Positions 17,880 through 27,997 of a stretch of DNA of 64,000 nt are shown in pieces. A program made the translations under genes and the position numbers. A model generated the notes under the pieces. It had not been told where the DNA came from and did no database searches. It saw nothing but the letters and a program-made list of their open reading frames with translations. The stretch's first letter is position 1. Each line of letters starts with the position of its first letter. The stretch comes from Oscillospiraceae bacterium (lineage in GTDB: Bacteria; Bacillota; Clostridia; Oscillospirales; Oscillospiraceae): the NCBI GenBank assembly GCA_017469115.1, contig JAFUGY010000099.1, positions 12,079 through 76,078 of the forward strand, read 5' to 3'.

Positions 17880-18818
17880 TTAAAATGCTCCCAGTGTCTT
17901 AAACAAAACGCACCATCCAAACAGCGTCAGGCAGGAAAAGAGGGATGTCGAGACGACGAGATCTCCCGCCAGATCTGCATCTCCTCCCATTTGCTGGCTC
18001 ATGGTGAAGGAGGAAACTGCAACCGATGAAGCAAAAACGCCAATCAGCCCGGCAAATTCCATTCCGCGAAAGCCGAGCAGATAACCAAGCGTCAGGAAAA
18101 CCCCGGGATTCACAATCAGCTTAAAAACTGTTGTCACTGTGATCTGCCTGGCATATTTTCCGAGACTTTCAAAATGGAAGAATGCGCCAAGGAGGAACAG
18201 CATGACAGGGGAAGCGGCAGAGCCCATGGCATTGATCGCCCGCTCCACGCTCTCAGGGAAGTGGATTTTCAGCACCATGCAGGCAATCCCTGCAGCAGTT
18301 GCAAGGATCAATGGGTTTTTGGCAATGCGCAGAGCAACTTCCTTCGGTTGAACGGTTTCCCCGCTGTATAAAGAAAGACAGACGACAGCCAGTACATTGA
18401 ATGCCGGGATGACAACAACGGAGAGCATGGCAACCGGGGCAATCTCTTCCGTTGGAACCAGCACTTCCGCGATTGCCAGTCCGATCAGCGTGAAGTTGGA
18501 CCGAAAAACTCCCTGGATAATAACACCCTTCTGATTGGGATGGGTGCTGATTCGTCCTGCAACAAAAATGCCGATCAAAAACTCCAAAAGGATTCCCAAC
18601 AGCGTAAAGAGAAGCAGCTTCGGCCTCAACGCTGTGCTGAGGTCGGAGTTGTGTACTGCTTTGAATACACTCAAAGCCAGAAAAACGCGGAATATGACTT
18701 TATTGAATTTTGAAACATCTTCATCATCGAGGAGCTTGCCGAGTTTTGCGAGATATCCCACTACCATGTAGAGAAACAGCGGTAACACGGCATTCAGGCT
18801 GATTCGGAGGCTTTCCAT
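17880..18818 (-). CDS. AEC (auxin efflux carrier) family transporter
   Basis: 312 aa with about 10 TM helices. The start 'MESLRISLNAVLPLFLYMVVGYL' and overall layout are typical of the AEC/malate-permease-like family. Confidence 0.75.
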   Translation of the reverse strand: MESLRISLNAVLPLFLYMVVGYLAKLGKLLDDEDVSKFNKVIFRVFLALSVFKAVHNSDLSTALRPKLLLFTLLGILLEFLIGIFVAGRISTHPNQKGVIIQGVFRSNFTLIGLAIAEVLVPTEEIAPVAMLSVVVIPAFNVLAVVCLSLYSGETVQPKEVALRIAKNPLILATAAGIACMVLKIHFPESVERAINAMGSAASPVMLFLLGAFFHFESLGKYARQITVTTVFKLIVNPGVFLTLGYLLGFRGMEFAGLIGVFASSVAVSSFTMSQQMGGDADLAGDLVVSTSLFSCLTLFGWCVLFKTLGAF

Positions 18819-18830
18819 AGAAATCCTTTC

Positions 18831-19535
18831 TCAGAGAGAGAACAACTGGCGAATCCATTCTTCGCATTCGTCTATCCATCCGGCAACGTGTTCATCCGGG
18901 TATCGGTTTGCTTCCGGTTGGCTCACTTCTTCGGTTGCAAGGGAAAGCCCGTGTGCTCCGAATGGATAGATATGTGCTTCAAAGGGTACCTTCGCTTTAC
19001 TGAGTGCGGAGGCAAACAGCAGGGTATTTTCCACAGGGACGTCCCGGTCTGAAGCGGTGTGCCAGAGAAATACCGGGGGTACGTCGGGGGAGACATGCTT
19101 TTCCAGCGAGAAGAATTCACGGTTTTCATCGCCGGTCAGATTGCGGAAACTCTCTTCGTTAATATATTGTGGATCGGCTGTAATAACGGGATAAGAGAGA
19201 ATCAGTCCGTCCGGGCGCTCCAGACCAAGCTTTTTCCAATGCACGCCCAATGTAGCCGCGAGATGTGCTCCGGCTGAAAAACCGCAAACGAGCACCGGTA
19301 TATCCGGCGATATTTTTTTGATGTTCTGCACGCAGTCGGAAAGCTGGTGAACCGGCGCAAGGTCGAGAGGAGGCAGACTCTGGTCCTCACGAATGCTGTA
19401 GGCCAGAATTTCTGAGTTCAATCCCATCTTGCCAAAGGCGCGTGCAACGGGCTCGCTTTCCCGCGGCGAAAGATGGCGATAGGCGCCGCCGGGACAAATG
19501 ATTATGACAGGTTTTTCTTTCATGTTTTTTCCCAA
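18831..19535 (-). CDS. alpha/beta hydrolase (esterase/lipase-like)
   Basis: 234 aa with 'IIICPGGAY' (oxyanion region), nucleophile elbow 'GFSAGAHLA' and a C-terminal 'GAHGLS' His region. Confidence 0.8.
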   Translation of the reverse strand: MGKNMKEKPVIIICPGGAYRHLSPRESEPVARAFGKMGLNSEILAYSIREDQSLPPLDLAPVHQLSDCVQNIKKISPDIPVLVCGFSAGAHLAATLGVHWKKLGLERPDGLILSYPVITADPQYINEESFRNLTGDENREFFSLEKHVSPDVPPVFLWHTASDRDVPVENTLLFASALSKAKVPFEAHIYPFGAHGLSLATEEVSQPEANRYPDEHVAGWIDECEEWIRQLFSL

Positions 19536-19569
19536 TACCAGGCAGTTTTTTGCTGAGGCAGTTTGCTGT

Positions 19570-20547
19570 TTATGCCTTACGCGGCTTATTCACGACGTTC
19601 ACCGGAGCCCCGTTGATGTACGAACGAAGATTTTCAACAGAACAATCCATAATCCGGATTCGTGCTTCTTTCGGTGCCCAGGAGATGTGCGGCGTGATCA
19701 GGCAGTTTTTGGCCTTCAACAACGGATTGTCACCTCTGATGGGCTCTGTGGAGACAACGTCCAACCCTGCTGCATAAACCTTGCCGGAGTTCAGTGCGTC
19801 CGCCAGATCCTGCTCTTTAACAAGCTGGCCGCGGCTGTTGTTGATGAGGATAACCCCGTCTTTCATTTTGGCGATGCTCTCCCTGTTGATCATACCCTCC
19901 GTTTCAGGGAACAGCGGGCAGTGTAGCACAACAACGTCAGAACGGGCATACAGCGTTTCAAGATCGACATATTCTGCTATTGCTCGGCCCTCATCCGTCG
20001 GTCTGCTTCCGCTGGCAAGGACGGTCATTCCGAGCGCTTTGGCAATTCTCCCGGTAGTCTGCCCGATTTTTCCAAAGCCGATGATGCCCATGGTTTTTCC
20101 GGCCAACTCGATGAGAGGATAGTCCCAGAAGCACCAATCCGGGTTCGTTTCCCAGCGCCCTTCGTGCACCGCTTCAGAGTGATGCGCCGCATGGTGGCAG
20201 ATCTCCAGCAGCAGTGCAATAGCAAATTGACCTACGGCTGCAGTCCCGTAAGTCGGTACGTTGGATACGGGTATCCCTTTTTCCCAGGCATAGGTGTAGT
20301 CCACAATGTTATATCCGGTAGCCAGCACCGAAATATATTTCAGGTTCGGACAACGATCCATAACGGCTTTGCGGATCGGGCATTTGTTGGTGAAAACAAC
20401 TTCTGCATCTCCGATTCTTTGGGCAATTTCATCATCCTCATAGGGGGTGCGGTCATAGACAGTCAGGTCGCCGTATGCCTGCAGAGCTTCCCAGGTCAAA
20501 TCTCCCGGGTTTTCAGTATATCCGTCCAGAACAACGATTTTCATCAA
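19570..20547 (-). CDS. D-isomer-specific 2-hydroxyacid dehydrogenase (glycerate/hydroxypyruvate reductase-like)
   Basis: 325 aa with the NAD fold 'GIIGFGKIGQTTGRIAKALGM', 'LINNSRGQLV' and 'ITPHISWA'. Confidence 0.88.
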   Translation of the reverse strand: MMKIVVLDGYTENPGDLTWEALQAYGDLTVYDRTPYEDDEIAQRIGDAEVVFTNKCPIRKAVMDRCPNLKYISVLATGYNIVDYTYAWEKGIPVSNVPTYGTAAVGQFAIALLLEICHHAAHHSEAVHEGRWETNPDWCFWDYPLIELAGKTMGIIGFGKIGQTTGRIAKALGMTVLASGSRPTDEGRAIAEYVDLETLYARSDVVVLHCPLFPETEGMINRESIAKMKDGVILINNSRGQLVKEQDLADALNSGKVYAAGLDVVSTEPIRGDNPLLKAKNCLITPHISWAPKEARIRIMDCSVENLRSYINGAPVNVVNKPRKA

Positions 20548-20844
20548 AGTTGCCCTCCTTCAAATTGTTAATTGTATGATCTGTTCCAGGGAACAAATCT
20601 ATTGTTGCACCGAGTGAATCAAATGTCAACGCTTTTTTCTTCCCGGAAGAAAAGACAGAAAAGTGTTTCAAAAACAGAAAAACCACAGGAGTGTAACCTC
20701 TATCACCCCTTTTCCCAATGGCAGTGCTGCAATTTCTGTTAATGATCCGACAGATAGAAAAAGCACTGGAACAGAGAGTAGAAACGTGTTATAGTTATAA
20801 ATCAGAATAATTTCTACACAGGAACACAGAGGAGAATCCATTGC

Positions 20845-23010
20845 ATGAAAACCATACGGGGAATCAAAATCGGAGGGTTACAGCAAAAAATCTTTAACCT
20901 GATGCTGATCTTCATCGTAGCACTGATTGGCGTTTTTGTTGCAGTGTCAGTCTATCAGCAGAGAAGCCTTACCAACATTGTGCAGAAAGCCAGTGTGGAG
21001 CAGCAGGAATCCATTACGGAAGTTTCTGAGGAAACCATGAAAGCCGTTCTGGAAACATCCATGCTGCGGTCGACAGCCCTTCAAGCCTATATTGCCAATG
21101 ACCTGTTCGGAGACGTGCAGACAGATGTTTTGACGCTGCAGGCGTTTGCTTCCGAGCTTTTTGCACATGCCGACAGCTTTCCCCCGCATCCGTTTTATGA
21201 GCCTGACCCTGCTCAGGATGGTAAGGCCACAGTACAGATGCAGCATGAGCAGGGGGTCGATCCGGAAGATTCGCAGCCGCTTTCTCTGGTCGCGAACATG
21301 AGCGAGATTATGCTTGCTATGTTTGAAAGCTCGGATAAGCTCAATTCCTGTTTTGTGGCGACTGCCGACGGATGTATTCTCTACGTGGATGATCGTTCGG
21401 GGTCTTACATTTCTGAAGAGGGTGAGATTTATACTTTCGATGTCCGCCAAAGGCCGTGGTACAAACAGGCGGTTGAAGCAGGCCAACTGATTTTCACCGG
21501 GGTGGAGCTGGACGCTTTCACGGAGATCCCGGGGCTCGTTTGTGCAGCTCCTGTCTATCTGGACGGGGAGCTTGTGGCTGTCGTCGGCGCGGATATTTTC
21601 CTGACATCCATCAGTGATTATGTTAAGAATACCTCTTCGGAGAACGGATTCCTCTGTGTGATCAACCAGAACGGTCAGGTTTTGTTTTCACCGGCGGAAG
21701 AAGGCGCTTTTAAAGCGGAAGTTTCCGGCGAAGCCGAAGATCTCCGTTCCGGTGAGAATGAAGACCTCGCCCGTTTTGTTACCCAGGCGCTCAGCGAACG
21801 CACGGCTCTGACGCTGCTCTCTGTCGACGGGAAGGAATATTATCTCTCGGGAGCGCCGATGGAAACACTGGGATGGGCAGTCCTTTCCGTGGTGGATCAG
21901 GAGATTACCTACAAGCCGACAGCGGCTATGCTGGCAAGATATGAAGAGATTAATGACGAAGCGCTCGGCACCTATGAAGAAGGGGCAAAACGTTCTGCGC
22001 AGACGTTCCTGATTGCAACCTTCATCGTCGTCCTGCTTGCTGTTATCGGTGCGCTGGTGCTGGCGTCCAGAGTGGTCAAACCTCTGGAGCATATGACGAA
22101 GCGCATCAATGCCCTGAGCGGGAGTGATCAGGCCTTTGAGATGGAACCTGTTTACCGCACGGATGACGAAATTGAAATTCTGGCGGAATCGTTTGCTACC
22201 CTTTCCAAACGTACAAGAGATTATATCACCCGGATTACAGAGATTACGGCGGAAAAAGAACGCATCGGCACCGAACTGGCACTAGCAACGCGGATTCAGG
22301 AAGATATGTTGCCCAACATTTATCCGGCATTTCCGGAGCGGTCAGAGTTCGATATCTATGCCACTATGGATCCGGCCAAAGAGGTCGGCGGCGATTTTTA
22401 CGACTTTTTCCTGATTGATGAGGATCATCTGTGTATGGTAATTGCCGATGTTTCCGGAAAAGGCGTGCCGGCAGCGCTGTTTATGATGGCATCCAAAATC
22501 ATTCTGGCCAATAACGCCATGATGGGGAAATCCCCCGCACAAATTCTCACGGATGTGAATGCTGCCATCTGCTCCAACAACCGGGAGGAGATGTTTGTTA
22601 CCACCTGGCTGGGAATCCTGGAACTTTCAACCGGTAAGCTGACGGCTGCCAACGCCGGCCATGAGTATCCCGTCATTCGCCGTGCTGACGGTTGCTATGC
22701 GCTTTTCAAGGATAAACACGGGTTTGTGATCGGCGGCATGGACGATGTGCGGTATAAGGAATATGAGCTCCGGCTGAAAAGCGGTGACAGACTATTCGTC
22801 TATACCGATGGTGTGCCCGAAGCTACCAATGAAAAAAACGAACTGTTCAGTACAGAGCGAATGATCACGGCACTCAATACTGAGCCGGAAGCAGATCCGG
22901 AACAGGTGCTGAAGAATGTGCGGGCGGCTGTAGATGATTTCGTCGAGGGCGCGGAGCAGTTTGATGACCTGACGATGCTCTGCCTCGAATATAACGGTCC
23001 CCAAAATTGA
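20845..23010 (+). CDS. membrane sensor PP2C/SpoIIE-family serine phosphatase (Cache-like extracytoplasmic domain + HAMP + SpoIIE)
   Basis: 721 aa with two TM helices flanking a ~360-aa extracytoplasmic region. The HAMP-like segment is 'VVKPLEHMTKRINALSG'. The phosphatase core has 'GGDFYDFF', 'ADVSGKGVPAALFM', 'NAGHEYP', 'YTDGVPEA' and 'DDLTMLCLE'. Confidence 0.85.
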   Translation: MKTIRGIKIGGLQQKIFNLMLIFIVALIGVFVAVSVYQQRSLTNIVQKASVEQQESITEVSEETMKAVLETSMLRSTALQAYIANDLFGDVQTDVLTLQAFASELFAHADSFPPHPFYEPDPAQDGKATVQMQHEQGVDPEDSQPLSLVANMSEIMLAMFESSDKLNSCFVATADGCILYVDDRSGSYISEEGEIYTFDVRQRPWYKQAVEAGQLIFTGVELDAFTEIPGLVCAAPVYLDGELVAVVGADIFLTSISDYVKNTSSENGFLCVINQNGQVLFSPAEEGAFKAEVSGEAEDLRSGENEDLARFVTQALSERTALTLLSVDGKEYYLSGAPMETLGWAVLSVVDQEITYKPTAAMLARYEEINDEALGTYEEGAKRSAQTFLIATFIVVLLAVIGALVLASRVVKPLEHMTKRINALSGSDQAFEMEPVYRTDDEIEILAESFATLSKRTRDYITRITEITAEKERIGTELALATRIQEDMLPNIYPAFPERSEFDIYATMDPAKEVGGDFYDFFLIDEDHLCMVIADVSGKGVPAALFMMASKIILANNAMMGKSPAQILTDVNAAICSNNREEMFVTTWLGILELSTGKLTAANAGHEYPVIRRADGCYALFKDKHGFVIGGMDDVRYKEYELRLKSGDRLFVYTDGVPEATNEKNELFSTERMITALNTEPEADPEQVLKNVRAAVDDFVEGAEQFDDLTMLCLEYNGPQN

Positions 23011-23041
23011 AAGAAGAATCATCGAGAGACGACAAACGAGA

Positions 23042-23620
23042 ATGAGAAGAATTATTTGTTTGGGGGATTCCAATACATATGGTTATGATCCCTGTTCCTA
23101 TGTGGGATCGCGATATCCGGAAGAAGTCAGGTGGACGGAACTCCTGCGCGATTCGGAAACAGAAGTGATCAATTGCGGGCAGAACGGGCTTTGCATTCCA
23201 ACGGAATCCCAGTATTCTCTTTATCGTGCGTTGGTTCAAAGGTATGTTCCTGTCGATACAATCATTATCATGTTAGGCAGTAATGACCTCCTGGAAGGGG
23301 AAAACCTCGATGAAATCTCTGAAAAAATGGCGGGGTTTGCTCAGTTTTTGAAAGAACTTGTGCCGAATACCGACGTTATCCTTGTATCCCCTCCGACAAT
23401 GCAATATGGTGAATGGGTGCCGACACAGGAACTGATTGAGCGATCCGACCAGCTCGGCAGGGTATACAGTGCTATTTCCGGCCGGATGGGGATAAGATTT
23501 GCTGACGCCAACGATTGGAATGTCACACTGACGTATGATGGAGTACATTTCACAGAGGAAGGGCATATGGCGTTTGCTTCCGGTATAAGCAAAAAGCTGA
23601 AAAAGAATACTCAATATTGA
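23042..23620 (+). CDS. SGNH/GDSL hydrolase family protein
   Basis: 192 aa with block I 'ICLGDSNTYGYD', block III 'MLGSNDL' and block V 'DGVHFTEEGH'. Confidence 0.85.
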   Translation: MRRIICLGDSNTYGYDPCSYVGSRYPEEVRWTELLRDSETEVINCGQNGLCIPTESQYSLYRALVQRYVPVDTIIIMLGSNDLLEGENLDEISEKMAGFAQFLKELVPNTDVILVSPPTMQYGEWVPTQELIERSDQLGRVYSAISGRMGIRFADANDWNVTLTYDGVHFTEEGHMAFASGISKKLKKNTQY

Positions 23621-24000
23621 ATCATAATAAAAGAGCTGAAGAGTTTAAGGCAAGCGTTCGACCTGAAATAGATGCCAATAGGACAAAAGGGAAGATTTTC
23701 AAACTTTTCCAATCAAACGGCTTGAAAAGATAGCACTTTTGGAGTATCATAGTAAAAGAAGGCTAACAAACTATTTTCGCCCATCGTACAGTAGTCTGAA
23801 GAAGGATATCGTATGTTGGGCGATATATTCAAACTGCAGGTTAGCCGTGTTTAATCCAAAATACGAATATGCTTATTAATGATGTTCGGCAGCTTATTAT
23901 ACGGTACCGATTAATGGGAGCGGAACATCAAAACGAGTCTCCATGCGATGCCTAAAACAAAAAATAGATAACAAATCAGCTGCGGAAGAAGGGAAAACCA

Positions 24001-24771
24001 ATGAGATTTGATGAAATGGGCAATAAATCCGGAAAAACTCTGATGCTGTTACCGGGAACGGCATGTGACTACCAGACGAATTTTGGCACGGTGCTGGAAA
24101 GACTTGGAGAGAAATACCACCTGATTTGCGTCAATTACGACGGTTTTGATGGCAGTGACAAAATCTTTCCTGATATGATCACAGTTACAGAGAAGATAGA
24201 AAACTATATCAAAGAGAACTATAACGGGAAAATCGACGGCGCGATTGGATCCTCTCTGGGCAGCAGTTTTGTGGGGCAATTGATTCAGCGGGAAAATATC
24301 CACATCGATCACGGTATTTTCGGCAGTCCGGATCTTGACCAGAGCGGAAAAGTCAGTGCATGGCTGCAGTCGAAGCTGGTGGTTCCGCTTTTAACCAGTT
24401 TTACGAAAAATGAAAAGAAGAAGGCAAAAACCAAAGAAAAGCTTAAAAACTTTTTCGAAATGAGTGATGAAACGGCAGATAAGTTTATGGGCTGCTTTGC
24501 AAAATTCAGCCCGGAGTCCATCAAAAATGAGTATTACACTGATTTGCTCACCTGGCTCAAGGATGATATCCATGTGGAAAACACGAAGGTCCATTTCATC
24601 TACGCGAACAAAATGGGTGAAAAATACCGGAAGCGCTATAAAAAGTATTTCCGGGATCCTGAAATCCGGGAGTTTGATATGCAGCATGAACAGTGGCTTT
24701 TCGGCGGTGAGCAATATGCCGTACCGGTGTTGAAGGCAATTGATGAGTTTATGGAATCGGCATCAGATTGA
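24001..24771 (+). CDS. alpha/beta hydrolase
   Basis: 256 aa with 'LMLLPGTACD' and nucleophile elbow 'GSSLGSS'. Codon usage is AT-richer than the flanking core genes. Confidence 0.65.
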   Translation: MRFDEMGNKSGKTLMLLPGTACDYQTNFGTVLERLGEKYHLICVNYDGFDGSDKIFPDMITVTEKIENYIKENYNGKIDGAIGSSLGSSFVGQLIQRENIHIDHGIFGSPDLDQSGKVSAWLQSKLVVPLLTSFTKNEKKKAKTKEKLKNFFEMSDETADKFMGCFAKFSPESIKNEYYTDLLTWLKDDIHVENTKVHFIYANKMGEKYRKRYKKYFRDPEIREFDMQHEQWLFGGEQYAVPVLKAIDEFMESASD

Positions 24772-24903
24772 GGAACGATACAGGCTTCTGACGCGCTGTT
24801 AATCTGAGAGCAAAAAGAAGCATAAAATATTGCTTGCAGTGGTTTTGGCGTTGATCGTAAGTAATTTAATGATTCTTATGAGGAGAAGAAAGAGCAGAGT
24901 GCT

Positions 24904-25773
24904 ATGAAATATCATATTGAGAAAAATACGGTTCAGGAGACGCTGGTCATTCCTCTTTTTGGAAGACTGGTGTGTTCCGAGCATTTCCCAGCACTGTTTT
25001 CAGATCCGGAGGCGAAAAGGATCTGCGACAGCCTGGACTATGATTTCGCGGATAAGCGAAAGAAAATGGAATCTGCTGCAGGGCTTTTCGGGGCACTTGA
25101 AGTGGCACAGCGCCAATATGATCTTCGCTGTGAGGTGGAGCTATATCTGAAGGATCACCCGAAGGCAGCCGTTGTGAATCTTGGCTGCGGTTTGGATGAT
25201 ACATTTTCCAAAGTCGATAACGGGCAGTGCAAAGGATATAATATTGATCTGCCGGATGTAATCCGAGTGCGAAATGACCTCCTTCCGGCAGGAGCAAGGG
25301 AAACAAATATTTCCTGTGATCTGAATGATTTTTCCTGGATGAACAGGATCGATGCATCGGATGGAGCAGTCTTCTTCGCAGCGGGTGTTTTCTATTATTT
25401 CAGAACAGCAGATGTAAAAACACTGTTCCACACGATGGCAGAGCATTTCCCCGGAGGAGTGCTGGCTTTCGATTCATGCAACGAGCGCGGAGCAAAACTC
25501 ATGCGAAAGACTTGGCTGAAGGAGGCAGGGATCACAGATGTCAGTGCTTTCTTCTCTCTGGAAAATGAGTCGCAACTTTTGGGGTGGAGCGATTGTTTTG
25601 CTTCGGTTACAGCCAAAAGCTATATGCGCGGATATCGGGATATATACAAAAATGTCAGCTTCTTTCATAAGCTGATGATCCGTTTCTGTGACGGGCTGGT
25701 CAACATGAAGATTATCAGAATCGTTTTCAGAGGACGAGCCAATGACGCGGAAAGAACTGATCAAAGTGCTTAG
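24904..25773 (+). CDS. class I SAM-dependent (LCM/TcmP-like) O-methyltransferase
   Basis: 289 aa with 'VQETLVIPLFGR' (typical N-terminus of this family), motif I 'VVNLGCGLDD' and 'FFAAGVFYYF'. Confidence 0.7.
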   Translation: MKYHIEKNTVQETLVIPLFGRLVCSEHFPALFSDPEAKRICDSLDYDFADKRKKMESAAGLFGALEVAQRQYDLRCEVELYLKDHPKAAVVNLGCGLDDTFSKVDNGQCKGYNIDLPDVIRVRNDLLPAGARETNISCDLNDFSWMNRIDASDGAVFFAAGVFYYFRTADVKTLFHTMAEHFPGGVLAFDSCNERGAKLMRKTWLKEAGITDVSAFFSLENESQLLGWSDCFASVTAKSYMRGYRDIYKNVSFFHKLMIRFCDGLVNMKIIRIVFRGRANDAERTDQSA

Positions 25774-26253
25774 AAGCGGACAGACGGGCATGCCGGCGTC
25801 TATGTCGGAATGATGACCTGTTCTACCTTGCCGGGAAAGCGATTTGCCGGACTGTTTGGAATATGAGCGGGGAAAAGAACCTTCAGTATTTGGAGAAAGC
25901 TCTGTCTGGTATTCCAGAATAATTTTCCGGGAAGCTGTTGGAAGTTCCCATTGGGATCGGATGCTTCTGCGTTTGGCATGAAATATTGAATATGAGCTTC
26001 TCAGGCGCTCTGCTCTTCTTCGAGAGTAGGGCGCTTTTTTCTATATCTTAGGGTGGTAGAGAATAGCGATCTGTGCTATAATAAAGACATATTTTCTTAG
26101 GTCCAAATGCTGTAAAATCCGTCGCTCATTCCATCGATGCTTCAATCAAAGGACATAGCGGTTTTTTTGAAAATCTTTTTGGAGAATTTATTAAGCATGA
26201 CATAATATGTCTATCTCGTTTGCTATACTGCTGTCGTAACATAGGAGGTAGCT

Positions 26254-26490
26254 ATGAAAAATGATTTGAAAGGTGATCAGATCGGTCGAGTCTTACAAAT
26301 ATATTCCAAGCTGATGGACGGCTACATCGTCAATAAATCCGAAGAAGCCGTACGGTATGGTGTTAACGAGCGCAGTATCCAGCGTGACATCGATAATATT
26401 CGCAATTTTCTCGATGAAGACTCAGAGCGCACAGGAATTATCAATACGATGTTTACGGCATCATTATGGCATAGATGCGGAGATCGCTGA
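26254..26490 (+). pseudogene. truncated HTH regulator (YafY/WYL-family-like N-terminal wHTH only)
   Basis: 78-aa ORF. 'QIGRVLQIYSKLMDGYIVNKSEEAVRYGVNERSIQRDIDNIRNFL' matches the N-terminal HTH of ~300-aa YafY/WYL-type regulators. The reading frame ends after ~65 conserved residues. A 13-nt palindrome GACATAATATGTC (26198-26210) lies upstream. Confidence 0.5.
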
Positions 26491-26539
26491 GTAGTCTAAA
26501 GATTGTCGAGGCCAGAAAACCAGGAGGCTTTAAAGAGCT

Positions 26540-27502
26540 ATGTCTGCAGAATATGAAACAATAACAAGAAACGGGCGTACACGGCCTGCTCATGATTACC
26601 TGGTGGAAGATGTTCTCGGACAGCCGTTGGCTAAAAATGAGATTGTTCATCATATCAATGGAAATAAGCGGGATAACAGTCTGGAAAACCTGGAAGTAAT
26701 GGACCGCGGAGAGCATACCAGAATGCATAAAACAGGGATTTCGCCCACACCCGCAACACTGGCAAAACTCAGCAAGTCTCAGGCCGGTCGGATTAATCCA
26801 AATCGAAAACTGTCACCGGATATGGTTGTTACAATCGCGGAGAGCCTGATTCAGGGTGACGCAATAGCGGCGATCTCGCGGGAAACCGGAGTTCCTGTTC
26901 ACACCATCTCAGCGATCAGGGATGGAAAACGGTATCGAGATTGTCTCCCGAATCTCGAAGATTCTGCATTTCCCCTTCAGGAAAAGAAGCGTACAGAAAG
27001 GCCGCCTTCCACTTTGAGAAACCTCTCTCCGGCTGAAGTGAGCAAAATCCGTATAGAATTGATACAGGGCCACTCCGTTCGCTTTATTGCAAAACAGGCC
27101 GGTGTATCTGAGAGTACGGTCAGGGCAATCAAAGCCAATGAAACCTATCAGGATATTCCGTGGCCAATGGAGATTGCCAGATATGAGCAGATACGTAATG
27201 TGCCAAAGCTTGCCCGCATTTTGCTGGAAAGCCCAATGAGTGAAACAGCAGATGAGAGGAAAGCATTGTTGGAAGACTATCATATCGTTCCGGACGTATC
27301 AGCTGTTTTGATGCTGAAATTGGTCCAGAGGGCAATGTCCGGGGATGCAGAGCTTGCCATGCTCCTCTTGCTTCTTGCCGGTTATGAAAATGAGATCTCA
27401 CAAATCTTTCTGGAAAACTCTGAAATACTGAGTGCGTTATTTTCTTCAGAAGAAATTTTATGTAGTAATGATGTTAAGGAGACACCGGAAGATGAGATTT
27501 AG
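26540..27502 (+). CDS. HNH endonuclease with two tandem HTH-like modules (homing-endonuclease-like)
   Basis: 320 aa with CCAGGAGG SD and the HNH motif 'EIVHHINGNKRDNSLENLEVMDRGEHTRMH'. Two homologous modules follow: 'LSPDMVVTIAESLIQGDAIAAISRETGVPVHTISAIRDGKRY' and 'LSPAEVSKIRIELIQGHSVRFIAKQAGVSESTVRAIKANETY'. Confidence 0.75.
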   Translation: MSAEYETITRNGRTRPAHDYLVEDVLGQPLAKNEIVHHINGNKRDNSLENLEVMDRGEHTRMHKTGISPTPATLAKLSKSQAGRINPNRKLSPDMVVTIAESLIQGDAIAAISRETGVPVHTISAIRDGKRYRDCLPNLEDSAFPLQEKKRTERPPSTLRNLSPAEVSKIRIELIQGHSVRFIAKQAGVSESTVRAIKANETYQDIPWPMEIARYEQIRNVPKLARILLESPMSETADERKALLEDYHIVPDVSAVLMLKLVQRAMSGDAELAMLLLLLAGYENEISQIFLENSEILSALFSSEEILCSNDVKETPEDEI

Positions 27503-27890
27503 ACATACCAATCGGCCGGGGTTTTTACTCGGATTCATTGATTTTTTCACCGCGGGGTTATTCTTTCTGTGTTATATGCCGCTCAACGGCTTGCAGGATG
27601 AACTGGATGAAATCCTCGGTCACAAAACGCAGAAGTATTGGAAGGCTTATCTGCTGGGCATCCCGACGTTGTTTATCTATCCATTGATCTGGATGGCTCG
27701 AATATCGGAGGGGTTGAAAGCAAAAGCAATGGAGCTTGGGGTCAAGGGCCCGTATACCTCGTGGTGGCACATGTTTGGCTGGAACATCTTTGGGCTTCTC
27801 CTTTTTGGACCGGCGGTTGCCACGCATCGCTTTTTCAAAACCCTCAACCGGATTGAACTCGAATTGAATCGGAGAAGCAGCGAGGAATGA
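27492..27890 (+). CDS. small membrane protein (DUF4234-like)
   Basis: The start at ATG 27492 has AAGGAG 9 nt upstream. There are two or three TM helices. 'YWKAYLLGIPTLFIYPLIWMARISEGL' resembles DUF4234. Confidence 0.5.
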   Translation: MRFRHTNRPGFLLGFIDFFTAGLFFLCYMPLNGLQDELDEILGHKTQKYWKAYLLGIPTLFIYPLIWMARISEGLKAKAMELGVKGPYTSWWHMFGWNIFGLLLFGPAVATHRFFKTLNRIELELNRRSSEE

Positions 27891-27997
27891 AACAGCGTGC
27901 AAGGCTTATTCTTGTATCTCCTCAAAGGATATGATAAAACAATCGGAGCAACAACATCCCGGCTTCCGTAAAATGTAACAAACTGCAGGAGACAGTT

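Noticed and set aside
23761-23846. Nested inverted repeats (GGCTAAC...GTTAGCC enclosing TCGCCCA...TGGGCGA), downstream of a TTGAAA-17-TATCAT promoter at 23722-23750. This could be a riboswitch or structured 5'UTR for the hydrolase at 24001.
   Set aside because: There are only two 7-bp helices. I could recall no match to any riboswitch consensus (purine, fluoride, ZTP, guanidine, c-di-GMP and others), and no terminator or SD-sequestering helix follows. Chance pairing in AT-rich DNA is plausible.
25774-26000. Short broken reading frames (for example MTRKELIKVLRSGQTGMPASMSE, ...DLFYLAGKAICRTVWNMSGEKNLQYLEKALSGIPE) that might be a decayed gene.
   Set aside because: I cannot assign them to any family from sequence alone. 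They are mentioned only as part of the islet finding.
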